Assembly: GCF_006345805.1 (NCBI RefSeq)
Contig: NC_042999.1
Coordinates: 15,810,001-15,874,000, forward strand
DNA from: Octopus sinensis
Taxonomy: Eukaryota
Direction of reading: 5' to 3'
Length of the DNA stretch: 64,000 bases
Under the pieces are notes generated by a model that was not told where the DNA came from, ran no database searches, and saw only the letters and a program-made list of their open reading frames with translations. Position 1 is the first letter of the stretch; every line of letters begins with the position of its first letter. The position numbers and the translations under genes were made by a program. Of the stretch, positions 50,678-63,252 are shown piece by piece.

Positions 50678-53668
50678 GTGATATAATTATATAATATAAA
50701 ATCTAGGCATAATCAACTGTCTTTAAATTTCAAGTGGCAGGAATGTGACACTTATAGAACTGTACATGAATAGAGAATTCTCTGATGCAAAGTGGTAGTG
50801 CAGAATTTCTGGGAAACTGGATTATAAATAACCAGTTTGCCATAAACCTTCTCAACCAGGAGCAATGATTGTTAGCTAGATATAATTTCTTTTACTGAAG
50901 ATATTTTGAAGAAATTTTAGGCCTCTTGTTTAAATAATTAGCTGAATTAGTTAAGATATGGCACATCTCAGCTGTACCCAGTTGACAACACTTTTATTAT
51001 TTCCAAAATGGTTTACAGTTTTTCAAAATTTCCCAACCCACATTAATCTCTCTTTTTGCCACATATTTAGGCTTTTATCCTTGTAGAAAAGGAACTGTGG
51101 TTTGGGAAATGAGTCATGAAATAACCATCTCTTGGCAAATAATTTTTGAGGGATTTTTTCTTTTCTGTTTTTTCCACTGCTGATACAGAATCATTGTTTT
51201 CTTCTCTTGGAATTAATATACGTCTTTTTCATCAAAACACATCGAAATAACAATGAATCACAAAGCTGATATGATATAGCTTTATAAAGACATGTTCAAT
51301 TAAAGAATTATATATCTATGTGTTACAACAAGACAGGAACAGAAACAGGTTGATGCAAGGTATGCTAAAAAAACTCATGGGTCACAGTTGGAGAAGGAAC
51401 TGGCTATATATGTGTGTGTTTGTCTATTGAATCAAGACCAATACTGGACTGTTACTAGATTTATAGACCCTGGAGAAGTGAAGATGCATCAGTTGCTCTA
51501 CCTCAAACACATGAAATATAATATTGTATAATTCAGTGAGAATAAAACATTATATATTACACCTAATTATAAGCCAACATGGGCAATGTGTCAGAGGCAC
51601 ACCAGTGATGGAGTTCTCATCAGTAATCAAAAACAGGTGAGCAGTCTACTTAAAGGAATGTAGATGACCAATATCTTCTTGTTTGCATGCATGCATGAAG
51701 GTTATAGGTTCTGTGACTAACAATTATATTGGCCTTGTAAGTGTAGCACTTTCTAGCTGTTTTGCCATATATTTATGATTAGGGGTCATTGCACAATATT
51801 AGGTACAGCTTAACAGGACAACATAATATGGCCTTGTACAACATTAATACATTAATAGGGCCTTGCACAATATTAGGTACAGATTAATAGGGCAACATAA
51901 ATCGACAGCATTCCCTGCTTCAGTAGAATTACTCTAAACTAGAACATTCACAGAAACTATGTTGATACTGTGACACAGCCCAGAAATTTTTGAATGTCCA
52001 AGAGGCAAATATGTGCCATTCTCTGACTCTTGCAGAGGAATGGAAGCTGATAATCAGAAGTTATTGACATCAGTTGTATCATATGAGTCTCATGGTTTAT
52101 AACTTAAATGAACTGATGGTAGAAGATACCACTGCCAACTGAGGATGGGATGATAGAGTTTGAAAATGTTAATGAAATGAAAATTTGAAGAACCCAGTTT
52201 GAGAGAGAACAGAGAAGAAATAGACCCACAGATAGGATTTATTATCCTGTTTTCCTTTTCTACTTAAAATTGATGCTTTTAACATCTGGTATCAATTGAT
52301 GTAGAAAATCTTAGCTATTCATTCATAAACTGTGAGGAACTAATAAGAAAATATACAATATCCTTGGTGGAAAAGGGGAAAAAGTATAATAGGTTTTTAA
52401 TAATAGATGTTCACTCGCATGCACACATATACATACACACATACATGCACACATTATACATACAGATATATACCCACACTCATACATACATTGTATATAT
52501 ATGCATGTGTATTGTTCACAAGGCTGGATATGAAACCAAAAGAAAAATATTGCTGCCAAAGAGGGGTTTTTTTTCTCTTTCTTTTAAGGTGCAATTCTAA
52601 ATGACAGTTCAGTTTGTCTGAAATACATGTAAAACACTTTTCAAATCCCATTTCTAAGTGTCTTCTCACTTGGTTGATTGCTTTTTTAAATATTTTTCAT
52701 CACAAAATCAATGCTGTAGAGGATGCTGCTTTTACAATATTCCTTTATCAACAGTAATTTGTCACAAAGATAACAACATTGCTTGTACAGGACATCTCAC
52801 TTCTTTTTTTAACTATATTGCGGAAACTTGTTTTTATAGTAAGAAACATATAATGTTTTTGCTTGAAAGCAATGAAGTAATAGCTTTTCTTATCTGACAT
52901 CATTTTCCTTAACACATTATATAGCCTGTATTATATATTTATTATTAGTGATACACAAGCAAAAACTAGTTCTTTTTGGATTATTTGTTTCTCCTAAATT
53001 TCTTATATTCCTTGAAAATGTATTTTGTTGATTTTCCTCAGGTTCTCTTTTGATAACAACCAATGTATACTTGACTAAAATGAGATTATTCGAGTGGAAT
53101 ATTGGAAAAATTTGCAAGTGAGAACTAACAAATGTCTCAATGACCAATTTTCTATTTACTCTTTTTATTTCGGAAATCCACTGGAAATTTCTAGTTTTCC
53201 AGCTGTGTCGTTTTCCCTAATATTAGTCACAGGATTTAATTTTATTTTCTTCTTCATTTAGTATCTCCATATAATGAATTGCCCTTTTCTATTGTATGCA
53301 ATATCTTTGAGGTGAGAGGTGTTCTGTAAGATTTGGCAATCTCTACAAATTACATTATTTAGTTCTCAATACATTTAGTTCCAAAAAGATTGCAGCCAAT
53401 TACTTCCTCAATTAGTTTATTTGTTTGTTTGTTTTTCTTTTTGTGTAAATTGATCAAGACTGTATAACGTTGAATGAGCAAGAATTTTCTCTGAGCCCTC
53501 CTTATATATAAAATAAATTGTTACAGTTAATAATAAAATAGTCCTCTTTAATATGTGATCAATTGAAATATAACTGTGTTAAAGTATGAAATACAGTATT
53601 TTCCTCACTATCATGTATAAAACAAGGAACAATTGTAGACCAGAGTGGAAATTGTAGCAAGTCAGATA

Positions 53669-53864
53669 ATCATTATCATCATTGTTCGACCGTGGTCGAG
53701 ACAATGGAATTTACTATGTTACGCCAGAGTTCATGGTCCATCATAGCATTACGGAGGTCCTGTTGCTGGATGCCTGTATCCCTGGAGATTACATCAGGGT
53801 AGGAGAGTGTTCGCCCTCTGGTATCACGAGCAGATGGCTTCCAGAGGAGAAGAGTAGAAATTAC
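53669..53864 (-). mobile_element. Family F RTE 3' end
   Basis: Matches 34677-34844 and the reverse complement of about 25525-25715. Confidence 0.85.
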
Positions 53865-54535
53865 AAATCAGATAAAGAGATCTATGGTATTGAATTTTGA
53901 GCCTTACTAAGATTGTTTTTATCAACTGCTGATAGTGTACTGCTATTTGCTTCTTACAATATCTATGGTTGAAAGATATTGTCTCCCAAGACACAAACAC
54001 TAGTCTACAGTAGCTTTGGCCTTAGAATTATTTGAAGCGAAAACTAAGAGCTCACAAAACACTTGGCAATTATACAATATTCATGTTGCTTGCAACAACA
54101 GTATCTATTCTACAACTAAGAGGAAGTGAACAAATAAAATTTGTAAGCCCTGAACTTGGAAAAGTACACAAGTCTTTAAAAATAAAGAAGCACTGAACCA
54201 TTGGCTTACATCATACTGCCTTGGCCATGACTCAAACTTTATTAAATACTATCATGATGCACATTTTGCACTTAGTAGATAAGTCAATATGCATCAGTTC
54301 TTGTTGCTTAATCCTAGTTCAATCCTGAGTAGACCTATGTGCCGGCATGACCATCCTGCCTTGTATTCAAGTAATGTATAAATACTAGTATATTATTTAA
54401 TATGTCATCTCTTTCTAAAGATAATAAGGAGAGATTTAAGTTTCCTAACAGGTCAAGCACCATTCAGTGGTTCCCTCTTTAGCTCAATACACATCAGTAT
54501 TACACAGGGATCAATGATATCATCCCTCTCATTCT

Positions 54536-54790
54536 CCCCAAAAATATCATTTCATTCCTATTTTATATAAATTTGCGTTGAAAAGTTTCATTTCAGTTTA
54601 GAAATTGTATTTTGAAAAAGAAAAAAAAAACAAAATGGAAAATATTCAAGTAAAATACATAAATTCCCCAAAACATCATTTCATTTCATTTCTATTTGCT
54701 TTCAAAAGATTCAATTCATTTTTTGAAAATGCATTTTGAAGTAAAAAGGAAAATATTCAAATAAAATACACAAATCTTGAAACAAATTTT
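54536..54790. repeat. Degenerate tandem duplication, period about 130 bp
   Basis: ccccaaaa.atcatttcatt...ggaaaatattcaa.taaaataca.aaat occurs twice (54536 and 54666). Confidence 0.65.
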
Positions 54791-55057
54791 TAGTATTTCT
54801 TCATGATTAGAATATCACCAATTTTCTGACTCAAACAAAACTATTTCCATTGTGTATTAATGCATAACAATAATTTTCATTGTGAAATATTTATTTTCTT
54901 TGTATGGTCCATTAACACAAGTTGATCACAATTTTTTTTTCAAATCCACAAAATTCATAGAATAAAAAGTTAAATTAATACTCTTCCTACCTTACATTTA
55001 ATGTAAAATCCATCAGTAAAATACCCAAAGAGCCTCAGTACTATCCCAAATGAGAAA

Positions 55058-55085
55058 ACTTACCTGGAAAATAAAAAAGAAACAT
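55058..55085 (-). promoter_or_regulatory. Juxtaposed 3'/5' splice-site motif (recursive-splice-like), unverified
   Basis: Minus strand gtttcttttttattttcCAG|GTAAGT. Confidence 0.3.
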
Positions 55086-55502
55086 ACATATATGAATATA
55101 TATTTAAAAAATGACTTATATTACAAAATAGCTTTTACCAACAAGAGAATGTATATGAAACAAACAAATAAGTGATAGCACTGAAATTGCAGCAAATGAA
55201 AATTATTGCCAAGACTCATAAGATTTCAATATTTTGGTAAAGACACATCAGACTGAACAAAATAGATTGGAAACAAAATAGGAATAAAGTGTTGCAAAGT
55301 AGGTTACAAAGACAAAAATATAATTTCTGAATTTACAAACATTATATCACCATTTGTAATAATTTAAATTTAATATGTATTATGCTATATATATTAGTAC
55401 CAACATAGTAATAATAATAGTAATTCTTCTTATTGAATGTAAGCAGAAGGTGTGCAGAAATATGTGAAGTGAAGCACAAAATAAAATAAGACTACTGTAA
55501 AA

Positions 55503-55712
55503 TGATGGTTTCAAATTTTGGCACAAGGCCAGCAAGTTCAAGGGAGGAGATAAGTTAACTACATCGACCCCAGTGCTCAACAGGTACTTATTTTATTGAC
55601 CCAGAAAGGATGAAAAGTAAAGTCAACCTCACTGGAATTTGAACACAGAAATAGATGAAATGTTGTTAAGCATTTTGCTCAGTATGTTGATGGTTCTATC
55701 AACTCACCACCT
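55503..55712 (-). mobile_element. SINE family C2
   Basis: gatggtttcaaattttggcacaaggccagc...aactcaccacctt. Confidence 0.8.
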
Positions 55713-56074
55713 TACTACTTTAAAACAATAATAATTTTAAAAATCATTATTTGTACTGAGTAGTGTGAGCTTACATGGTTAGTCATGTTGATTTCTGTAG
55801 TTGTACATTATTGCAAAACAACTCCTCTCTCTTGCAATGACAGTGTGCTCATAAGACATTGTTGTGACAAAAGCAATCTTGATGTACACAAAAGCATATT
55901 TTGTATTTATCCCACCTGAACATATTAAGAATAGATATGCAAATAGTCATATAATAATATATTTGTTGTGCAAGTTTTTTTAATGTGAAGTTGTGTGTTG
56001 AAACAGATATTGTTATATTTCAGAATGGTCATTTTGCCAGTTTAGCCAATAATAATAATTTTTCAATACAGGCA

Positions 56075-56200
56075 CATCATCATCATTATTATTTAACATC
56101 CATTTTCCACATTAGCTTGGACTGGACATTTAATAGGAACTGGCAAACCAGAAGACTGTGTAAAGCTCCAGTATCTGCTTTGTCACAATATCTATGGCTT
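56075..56200 (-). mobile_element. Family A tail, strongly diverged
   Basis: catcatcatcattattatttaacatccattttccac.... Confidence 0.5.
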
Positions 56201-57084
56201 AATGCCGTTCAAAATGCCAGAGGTACAAGGCCTGAATGTTTGAAATGGAGATTAGTTGATAACATCAACTTCAGAATATAACTAGGAAGACATAGCTGAC
56301 CTCAGCAGGATTTGAACTCAGAATGTAACTATATCCCATAAGATATTATCTCTATTTTCTCCAACACTAACGATTCTGCTGGTCCAAAATATCAATGGAG
56401 GTAGAAAAAAATATTCAAAAGAGTTTCAATAGTGCCAGTAAATATTATTATCCAATTTATTAACCTTCAACATTTTTATTAATATTTTTTCCACATTGGT
56501 CCTGATTTCTTTTGATGTGAAAAAGAAAACTCTTGATGTTTGTAAAAATAAAGATACTAATAATGATTTCTAACATTCACAATAAAAAATAATTTGAGGT
56601 GATATTATTATAGATAAATCTGGGCCAAGTAATTTACTGGTAAGTCTTTTTAAAGAGCTCAGAAGGTGTATAAGAGCATCATCATTAAATACTTCAAGGC
56701 ATCAATCAGTTGTTCTAATAATAAGGAATAACAGTAGACATTACTTCTAAAAGAAAATGACAAAACAGTTGAAGAATACGTGTGTGCCTTTGTGTATTGA
56801 AATTGTGTGACGTTTTATGTAAGTAATGGATTGCGAATGTTTGCATTAATACCCAATAAGTCACCTTGTGTAAACACACTAATCGAAGAAAAAGTAAAAT
56901 ACCTCACCATACAGACACCCATGAAAGAAAATATAAAAAGAAACAACACCGATAGAAAGTGAATCATTTAGTTTCAAGGTTAAAAGGGAAGATATATTTT
57001 GATTAAATACATTAACAAATACAAAATATGAAGTATGCAAGATTCCACATCACCAGAAGCAATTAGGCTGTTATTTACTGAAAA

Positions 57085-57259
57085 TAATGGTTTCAAATTT
57101 TGGCACAAGGCCAGCAATTTTGGGTGAGAGGTAAGTCAATCCTAAAAGGATGAAATACAATGTTGGCATTAGTGGAATTTGAACTCAGAATCTAAAGATG
57201 GACAAAATGCTGCCAAGCATTTTGCCCAGTGTGCTAACAATTCTGCAAGTTCACTGCCT
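57085..57259 (-). mobile_element. SINE family C2 with internal deletion
   Basis: Same tail and head as 55503-55712. Confidence 0.75.
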
Positions 57260-57449
57260 TAAGAGGTCCACAAGTAAAAGAAAAATGATAGTTGGACATG
57301 AGAAGAATAAGTTTCATTGATATTTTGCAGCTCTATCCTGAGAGAAAAAATGGGAATACCACAATGACACCTAATATGTGAAGAAAATTTGATCCTAATT
57401 TAATAGTTATTACTGGATCACATTCAATTAGCTAATATTTAAGAAGATA

Positions 57450-58545
57450 TATTCTCATAACTGAAATGATATCAGATCAGAAATAGAACAATTAAAAGAG
57501 AATATATTGAAGAGAGAAACAATGGTCAAAAATATATGCCAACAGCTAAAACAAAATACATTAAAATTATTAACATTGAGAAAATAAATCATGAAACTTG
57601 AGCTCATTACATGCAAAGGAAACCAAATCTGTAACAAATCAATAAAAAATCGAAACTTAGAATATCTACAGGATACTGAAAAACAAAAACAGAACAAGAA
57701 CACAAAGCAAAATATGAATAAATACAAATTGTTCAGATGGAAATTTTAAATATGACAATAACTGGAAGAGGGAAATAGTTGAAGAATTTAAATCAATAGA
57801 AGATCTTATGAAGAAACAACAAAAACCTTCCCAAAGATATGTAACTATAAAATAACAATGAGAAAAATGCAAACCTTGCATTTGTAGACATAGTGAAAAA
57901 ACAGATGCAAACATCAATATCACCAGAATAAATGAAACAATCTATCCAATAGCTAAAGTAGTAACAAAGTAAAGTGGGTATCCCCTCAAAACTACTAATG
58001 TAGGACTATCTAAATTCAGGCAAATAATTTAGAAAAATATTACTGTGAAAGATAAAAAAAAAAACTCTGAATCTTTAATGCAATAAACAACAACAAAAAT
58101 GCAAATTAAAAGAAGCCGAGAGAGAAAATACACTACAAAGGAACAACTCTACAAAAGTAGAAGGACATCAAATCAAAGAATGTTTGAAATAAAATTCTTG
58201 CTAAATCGCAAAGAAGATGTTATAAGTGATGTTTTTATTTGTTTTCTTTTTAACAAAATAGTTTTATTGGACTACAAAGTGATTTTATCAAGAACTAGAT
58301 AAAAATAAATTAGAAATCAATGCAGCACCAACAGCAAGAAGAAGTAGAAAAGTTTTGAGGAGTATAACCAGTGAACAGCTTGACACAGCCGAGAATGTTC
58401 AAGAGAATAAGTACTGCAGTTGAACAAAATAGTAGTAACGCAAAAAGTAGCACAGATGCTACCAAAATACAACTGGGAAGCACTAGGTGCGATAAAGTTC
58501 CTAACTTTTGTTTCATCCATATATCAGGCACAGACAGGCCCTTGC
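57450..58545 (+). mobile_element. Decayed R4/Dong-like (RLE-type) non-LTR retrotransposon ORF
   Basis: Frameshifted motifs NITRINETIYPIAKVVT, PT.EEVEKF.RSI and NWEALG.DKVPNF resemble R4-clade N.LIYAAA..VT, PT.EEVE.FW..IW and NWKAPG.D.V.NFW; judged by eye. Confidence 0.55.
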
Positions 58546-59485
58546 GTTTGAAGATTCTGCAAAGAGAGAGGCTTGGAGATGCCATTATGTAAGACTGCTG
58601 AATGTGGAGAATGAATGGGAAGAGGAGAGTCTGCCAAAGGTTGACCCAATTGAGGGACCAGCTACCTGAATTAACAGTACCCTGTTAGATAAATCAATTA
58701 AGGATATGAAGAAGGAAAGCACTTAGCCCATCAGGAATCACCACTGAGGTGCTTAAAATATCAGGCGGTGTGGGTTATGGCCTTATCATCCACATCATAA
58801 ATCAGGTAGTTTATAAAGGAGTCATACACAATGACTGGTGTAGCAGCACAATAGTCAACTGCTACAAAGGTAAAGGTGATGCTTTAGATAGAAATAACTA
58901 CAGGGGTATCAAATCATTCGATCAGGTGATGAAAGTTACAGAGAGGGTCATAGCCCAACTAATTACAGAGAGAGTTAGCTGAAATGCGATACAGTTTGGT
59001 CAATGCCAGTGTCCCTTGACTGGCTCCCATGCTGAGGGCACATAAAAAGCGTCATCTGATCGTGGACGATGCCAGTACCCACTGACTGGCTCCTGTGCCA
59101 GTGACACGTAAAAAGCACAACCCAAACGTGATCGATGCCAAGACCACCTGACTAGCCCCTATACCAGTGGCACATAAAAAGCACCATCTGAACATGGCTG
59201 ATGCTCATACCCCATGACTAGCTCCCATGCCGGTGGCATGTAAAAAGCACTATCTGAACGTGATCGATGCAAGGCTTGCCTGACTGGCTCCTGTACCGGT
59301 GGCACATAAAAAGCATCCACTACACTCTTGGAGTGGTTGGCATTAGAAAGGGCATCCAGCTGTAGAAACATTGCCAGCTCAGACTGGAGCCTGGTCCAAT
59401 TACTGGCTCTCCAGACCTCAGTCAAACTGTCCGACCCATGCCAACATGGAAAACGGATGTTAAACGATGATGATGACGATGATGC
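58545..59485 (+). mobile_element. Family A RTE: RT N-terminal part joined directly to 3'UTR and tail
   Basis: REAWRCHY..LLNVENEW, then DWCSSTIVNCYKGKGDALDRNNYRGI..DQVMKVTERV to about 58995. It is followed immediately by 3'UTR units and (GAT)n. Confidence 0.85.
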
Positions 59486-59922
59486 TCACCTACAAAGCTC
59501 AATAAAAAGAAAAGGAAAAGAAGTTAATCATTAATTTTAAGGAAACTACAGACTAATTAATAATCTGCCTAATTATTGTCATATATAAAATATAGCAGTG
59601 GACAAATAATCACATGAGATAAAGAATAACAAAAAACTTATTTTGAGAAGATGAGAAAGAATACAGTAGAACCTCAGGTGGTTCTAAAAGTCAATTATTG
59701 ATGAACAAATCAAGAATCAAAAACTGAAGGAAGTGACAGCAGTGTCTGAGAATGGCACGGAATGGTGACTAGAAGACTTTTAACAATGATCTCTACACAA
59801 GGATTCTGAAAATAATCACGAGTAATTTAGCAATAAGCAGATACATCAAAGATAACATAAATAAATAGCTATAAATAAAACATTTTCGAAAAAAGGAGGA
59901 ATATTAAACAAATCCATCCATA

Positions 59923-60323
59923 GGCGCAGGAGTGGCTGTGTGGTAAGTAGCTTGCTAACCAACCACATGGTTCCGGGTTCAGTCGCACTGCGTGGCATCT
60001 TGGGCAAGTGTCTTCTGCTATAGCCCCGTGCCGACCAAAGCCTTGTGAGTGGATTTGGTAGACGGAAACTGAAAGAAGCCTGTCGTATATATGTATATAT
60101 ATATATGTATGTGTGTGTGTGTTTGTGTTTGTCTCCCTAGCATTGCTTGACAATCGATGCTGGTGTGTTTACGTCCCCATCACTTAGCCGTTCAGCAAAA
60201 GAGACTGATAGAATAAGTACTGGGCTTACAAAGAATAAGTCCCGGGGTCGATTAGCTCAACTAAAGGCGGTGCTCCAGCATGGCCGCAGTCAAATGACTG
60301 AAACAAGTAAAAGAGTAAAGAGT
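59923..60323 (+). mobile_element. SINE family B, full length, young
   Basis: Head to tail match. Confidence 0.9.
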
Positions 60324-60706
60324 ATACTAAAAGACAAGTATTCTAAAGGGACTCCTTCTCCTCACTTCTTTTCGACATGGTTTTAACATCTTTAATCAAC
60401 AATCTAAATCAGACAAACTGCAGATGTAAATGTTATGGGAGTACATTAAACTACCACTTTTTGTTTGGATGACCCCAGATTATACACTACAGCTAAAAAG
60501 TAACTGGAAACACTGTTACATATGATACATAACTCCAGTAAAGTAACTGACATTAAATTCCATTTAGAAATGTGTGCCAAGGCAATCTTAAAGAGAAGAA
60601 CATCAATACCTGTCACTAATACTATCAGTAGAAAAAAAAATCGAGATAATTACACCAAATACAGATTTGCAAATGCATAGGAATTAATGAACTAGTCATA
60701 AGTACA

Positions 60707-61402
60707 GGCATGGTTGTGTGGTATGAAGTTCACTTCTCAACCACGGGCTTCCAGGTTCAGTCCCACTGCGTGGCACCTTAGGCAAGTGTCTTCTATTATA
60801 TCCTCAGGCTAACTAAAGCCTTGTGAGTGGGTTTGGTAAGCAAAAACTGAAAGAAGCCCATCGTGTATGCATACATGTGTGTGTGTGTGTGTGTATGTAT
60901 CGGTGTGTCATGAAGGTGCATGGCTCAGTGGTTAAAGCGTTGGGCTTACAATCATGAGGTAGTGAGTTCGATTCTCAGACCAGGCTGTGTGTTGTGTTCA
61001 TGAGCAAGACAATTTATTTCCTGTTGCTCCAGATCACTCAGCTGTAGAAATGTGTTGCAACATCACTTATGCCAAGCTGTATCTGCCTTTGCCTTTCCCT
61101 TAGACAATATTGGTGGCATGGAGAGGGGAGTCCGGTATGCATGGGCGACTGCTGGTCTTCCATAAACAACCTTGCCTGGAATTGTGCTTCGGAGGGGAAC
61201 TTTCTAGGTGCAATCACATGGTCATTCATGACCGAAGGGGTCTTTACCCTTTTACCCTCTCTATGTGTGAGTATCTTTGTGTCTGTATTTGTCTCCTACC
61301 ACCACCTGACAACTGGCGTTGGTGTAATTACAAGCCTGTAACTTAGCATTTTGGCAAAAGAGACTGATAGAATAAGTAGTCTAATGACTGAAACAAGTAA
61401 AA
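60707..61402 (+). mobile_element. SINE family B split by a family D insertion in its central (GT)n
   Basis: B 5' half at 60707-60900 and B 3' half at 61261-61402. Confidence 0.75.
60912..61260 (+). mobile_element. SINE family D, full length
   Basis: A-box TGGCTCAGTGG, B-box GAGTTCGATTC, core tgttgtgttcatgagcaagacaatttattt; ends ctttaccctttaccc-like repeat. Confidence 0.8.
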
Positions 61403-62457
61403 TATAGACTATACAACATACATAAATTAAAGGTAATGTTAGGACAGAGGTACTTTATTAATACTAATAACAGCTAAATGCCAAATTTAAGGTAATAGGT
61501 ATCAATATTCTACATCTCCAGTGATAAGTTATAGCAATAATATTGATATTATAGCTGGAAGCTAAGTGAATTATCAAAATTATATGAGAAAACTAGAAAA
61601 ATAATATCTGGATTTAGAATACATAACCCATTGTTCTGCAACTAGAAAATGATTATAAAACATACTAGTGAAGATGTGGGGAAATTCTATGGTAAACACG
61701 AGTTATTAATCTTTGCAATGAAATTACTATAATGAATAGTAACATTAGAATGCAATAACAACCAAAAAATAATACAGTGCAGAAAACACTGCTACTGTTG
61801 CTACCATCATGAATAACTACAGCAAACAACTGTCGCCACCACCAGTTTCTAATACCAATACATCGACAACAAATAAATAAACATTACCACCACCAGCAAT
61901 AAACAAACAATGGTTACAAAGGGTATCAATTATTTTTTCAATGTTGAAGTCTACAAAGTGAATGTTCTGGTTCAGACTTTGCATGTGTTAAATCATAGAC
62001 AATTTTTTCAAAATATAAATTTTAGTCTAATAAATAAAAAAATAAATTCATCAGTGTCATCTCTTTATTGCTACCATGGCCACCATAGCCATAAAACAAA
62101 ACATAAATTATTGATTTTTATTCCAAAAACACTATAAAACCTAGAGATACATGTATGTATTATTATATTAATATTGAAGTTTACATTTTTTTAATTCAAA
62201 GGTCAGGTCATTTTTTCAAGGTATTTGACAAGGTACACTAAAAATAAAAATAAGTGAATAAGAATTCATTATAAATAAGTTCTACCAATGTTTAACTATT
62301 TTATACTTTATGCTAAAAATGTATGCCTTGAGTAAATTCTCGTATTTACATTTCTGTTATAATCTGGCATATTCGAACTTATTTCGAATTTTACTCAATA
62401 GCAATTTCTTTAGAATGAAAGAGTATACTATGAAAAAAGAAATTTATCAGCAATACC

Positions 62458-62688
62458 TATTTCTTTATTACCCACAAGGGGCTAAGCGCTGAGGGTACAA
62501 ACAAGGACAGACATAGGTATTAAGTCGATTACATTGACCCCAGTGTGTAACTTGTATTTAATTTATCGACCCCGAAAGGATGAAAGGCAAAGTCGACCTT
62601 GGCGGAATTTGACCTCACAACATAACGGCAGACGAAATACGGCTATGCATTTCGCCCGGCGTGCTAACGTTTCTGCCAGCTCGCCGCC
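62458..62688 (-). mobile_element. SINE family C, full length, young
   Basis: Reverse complement of 41113-41345. Confidence 0.9.
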
Positions 62689-62834
62689 TTTATCAGCAAT
62701 ACCATCACAACCACTACCAAACATAACCACTATAACTTCTCCTTTTCTATCTTTCTGTCTTTCTTTCTCTTTCTTACCATTACCATGAACATCACTTCAG
62801 CGAAACCTCTAAAATAACTATCAACAATAGATAC

Positions 62835-63252
62835 TGGCATGGCTGTGTGGTAAGAAGTTTGTTTCCCAACCACATAGTTCTGGGTTCAATCCCACTGCAT
62901 GGCATCATGAGCAAGAATCTTTTGCTATAGTCCTAGGCTGATCAGAAAAGATTGGGTAGATGAAAACATAAAGAAGCCCATCATATGTATGTATGTATGT
63001 ATGTGTGTGTGTGTGTTACAGCCTCCTTGCCTTGATATCACCTGATAGTTGTAAATGAACATTACTGTCATGCAGGCAGTGTCCCTCATTCATCTTCTAT
63101 GAAAACATGTCTGGCCATGGGGAAATATTAGCTTAATTGGCAACAGGTGAGGGTAGGCAACAGGAACGGCATCAGCTGTAAAATCTGCCTTGGCAAAATT
63201 CCCTTCCAATCCAAGCAAGCATTGGAAAGTGGACATGATGATGATGATGATA
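62835..63252 (+). mobile_element. SINE family G (B head plus RTE-like tail, (GAT)n)
   Basis: B-type head to 62980; the 3' end ggaacggcatcagctgtaaaa...ccaatccaagcaagcattggaaagtggac(atg)n parallels the family A terminus. Confidence 0.75.

Noticed and set aside
58310-58585. 91-aa hydrophobic minus-strand ORF resembling a membrane-protein exon
   Set aside because: Antisense of the R4-like fossil (EEVEKF, NW.A.G.DKVPNF on plus); its acceptor is made by the RTE junction.
60912-60985. tRNA gene
   Set aside because: A and B boxes are present, but the cloverleaf stems are poor and the sequence continues into a SINE body. The same applies to the B and C heads.
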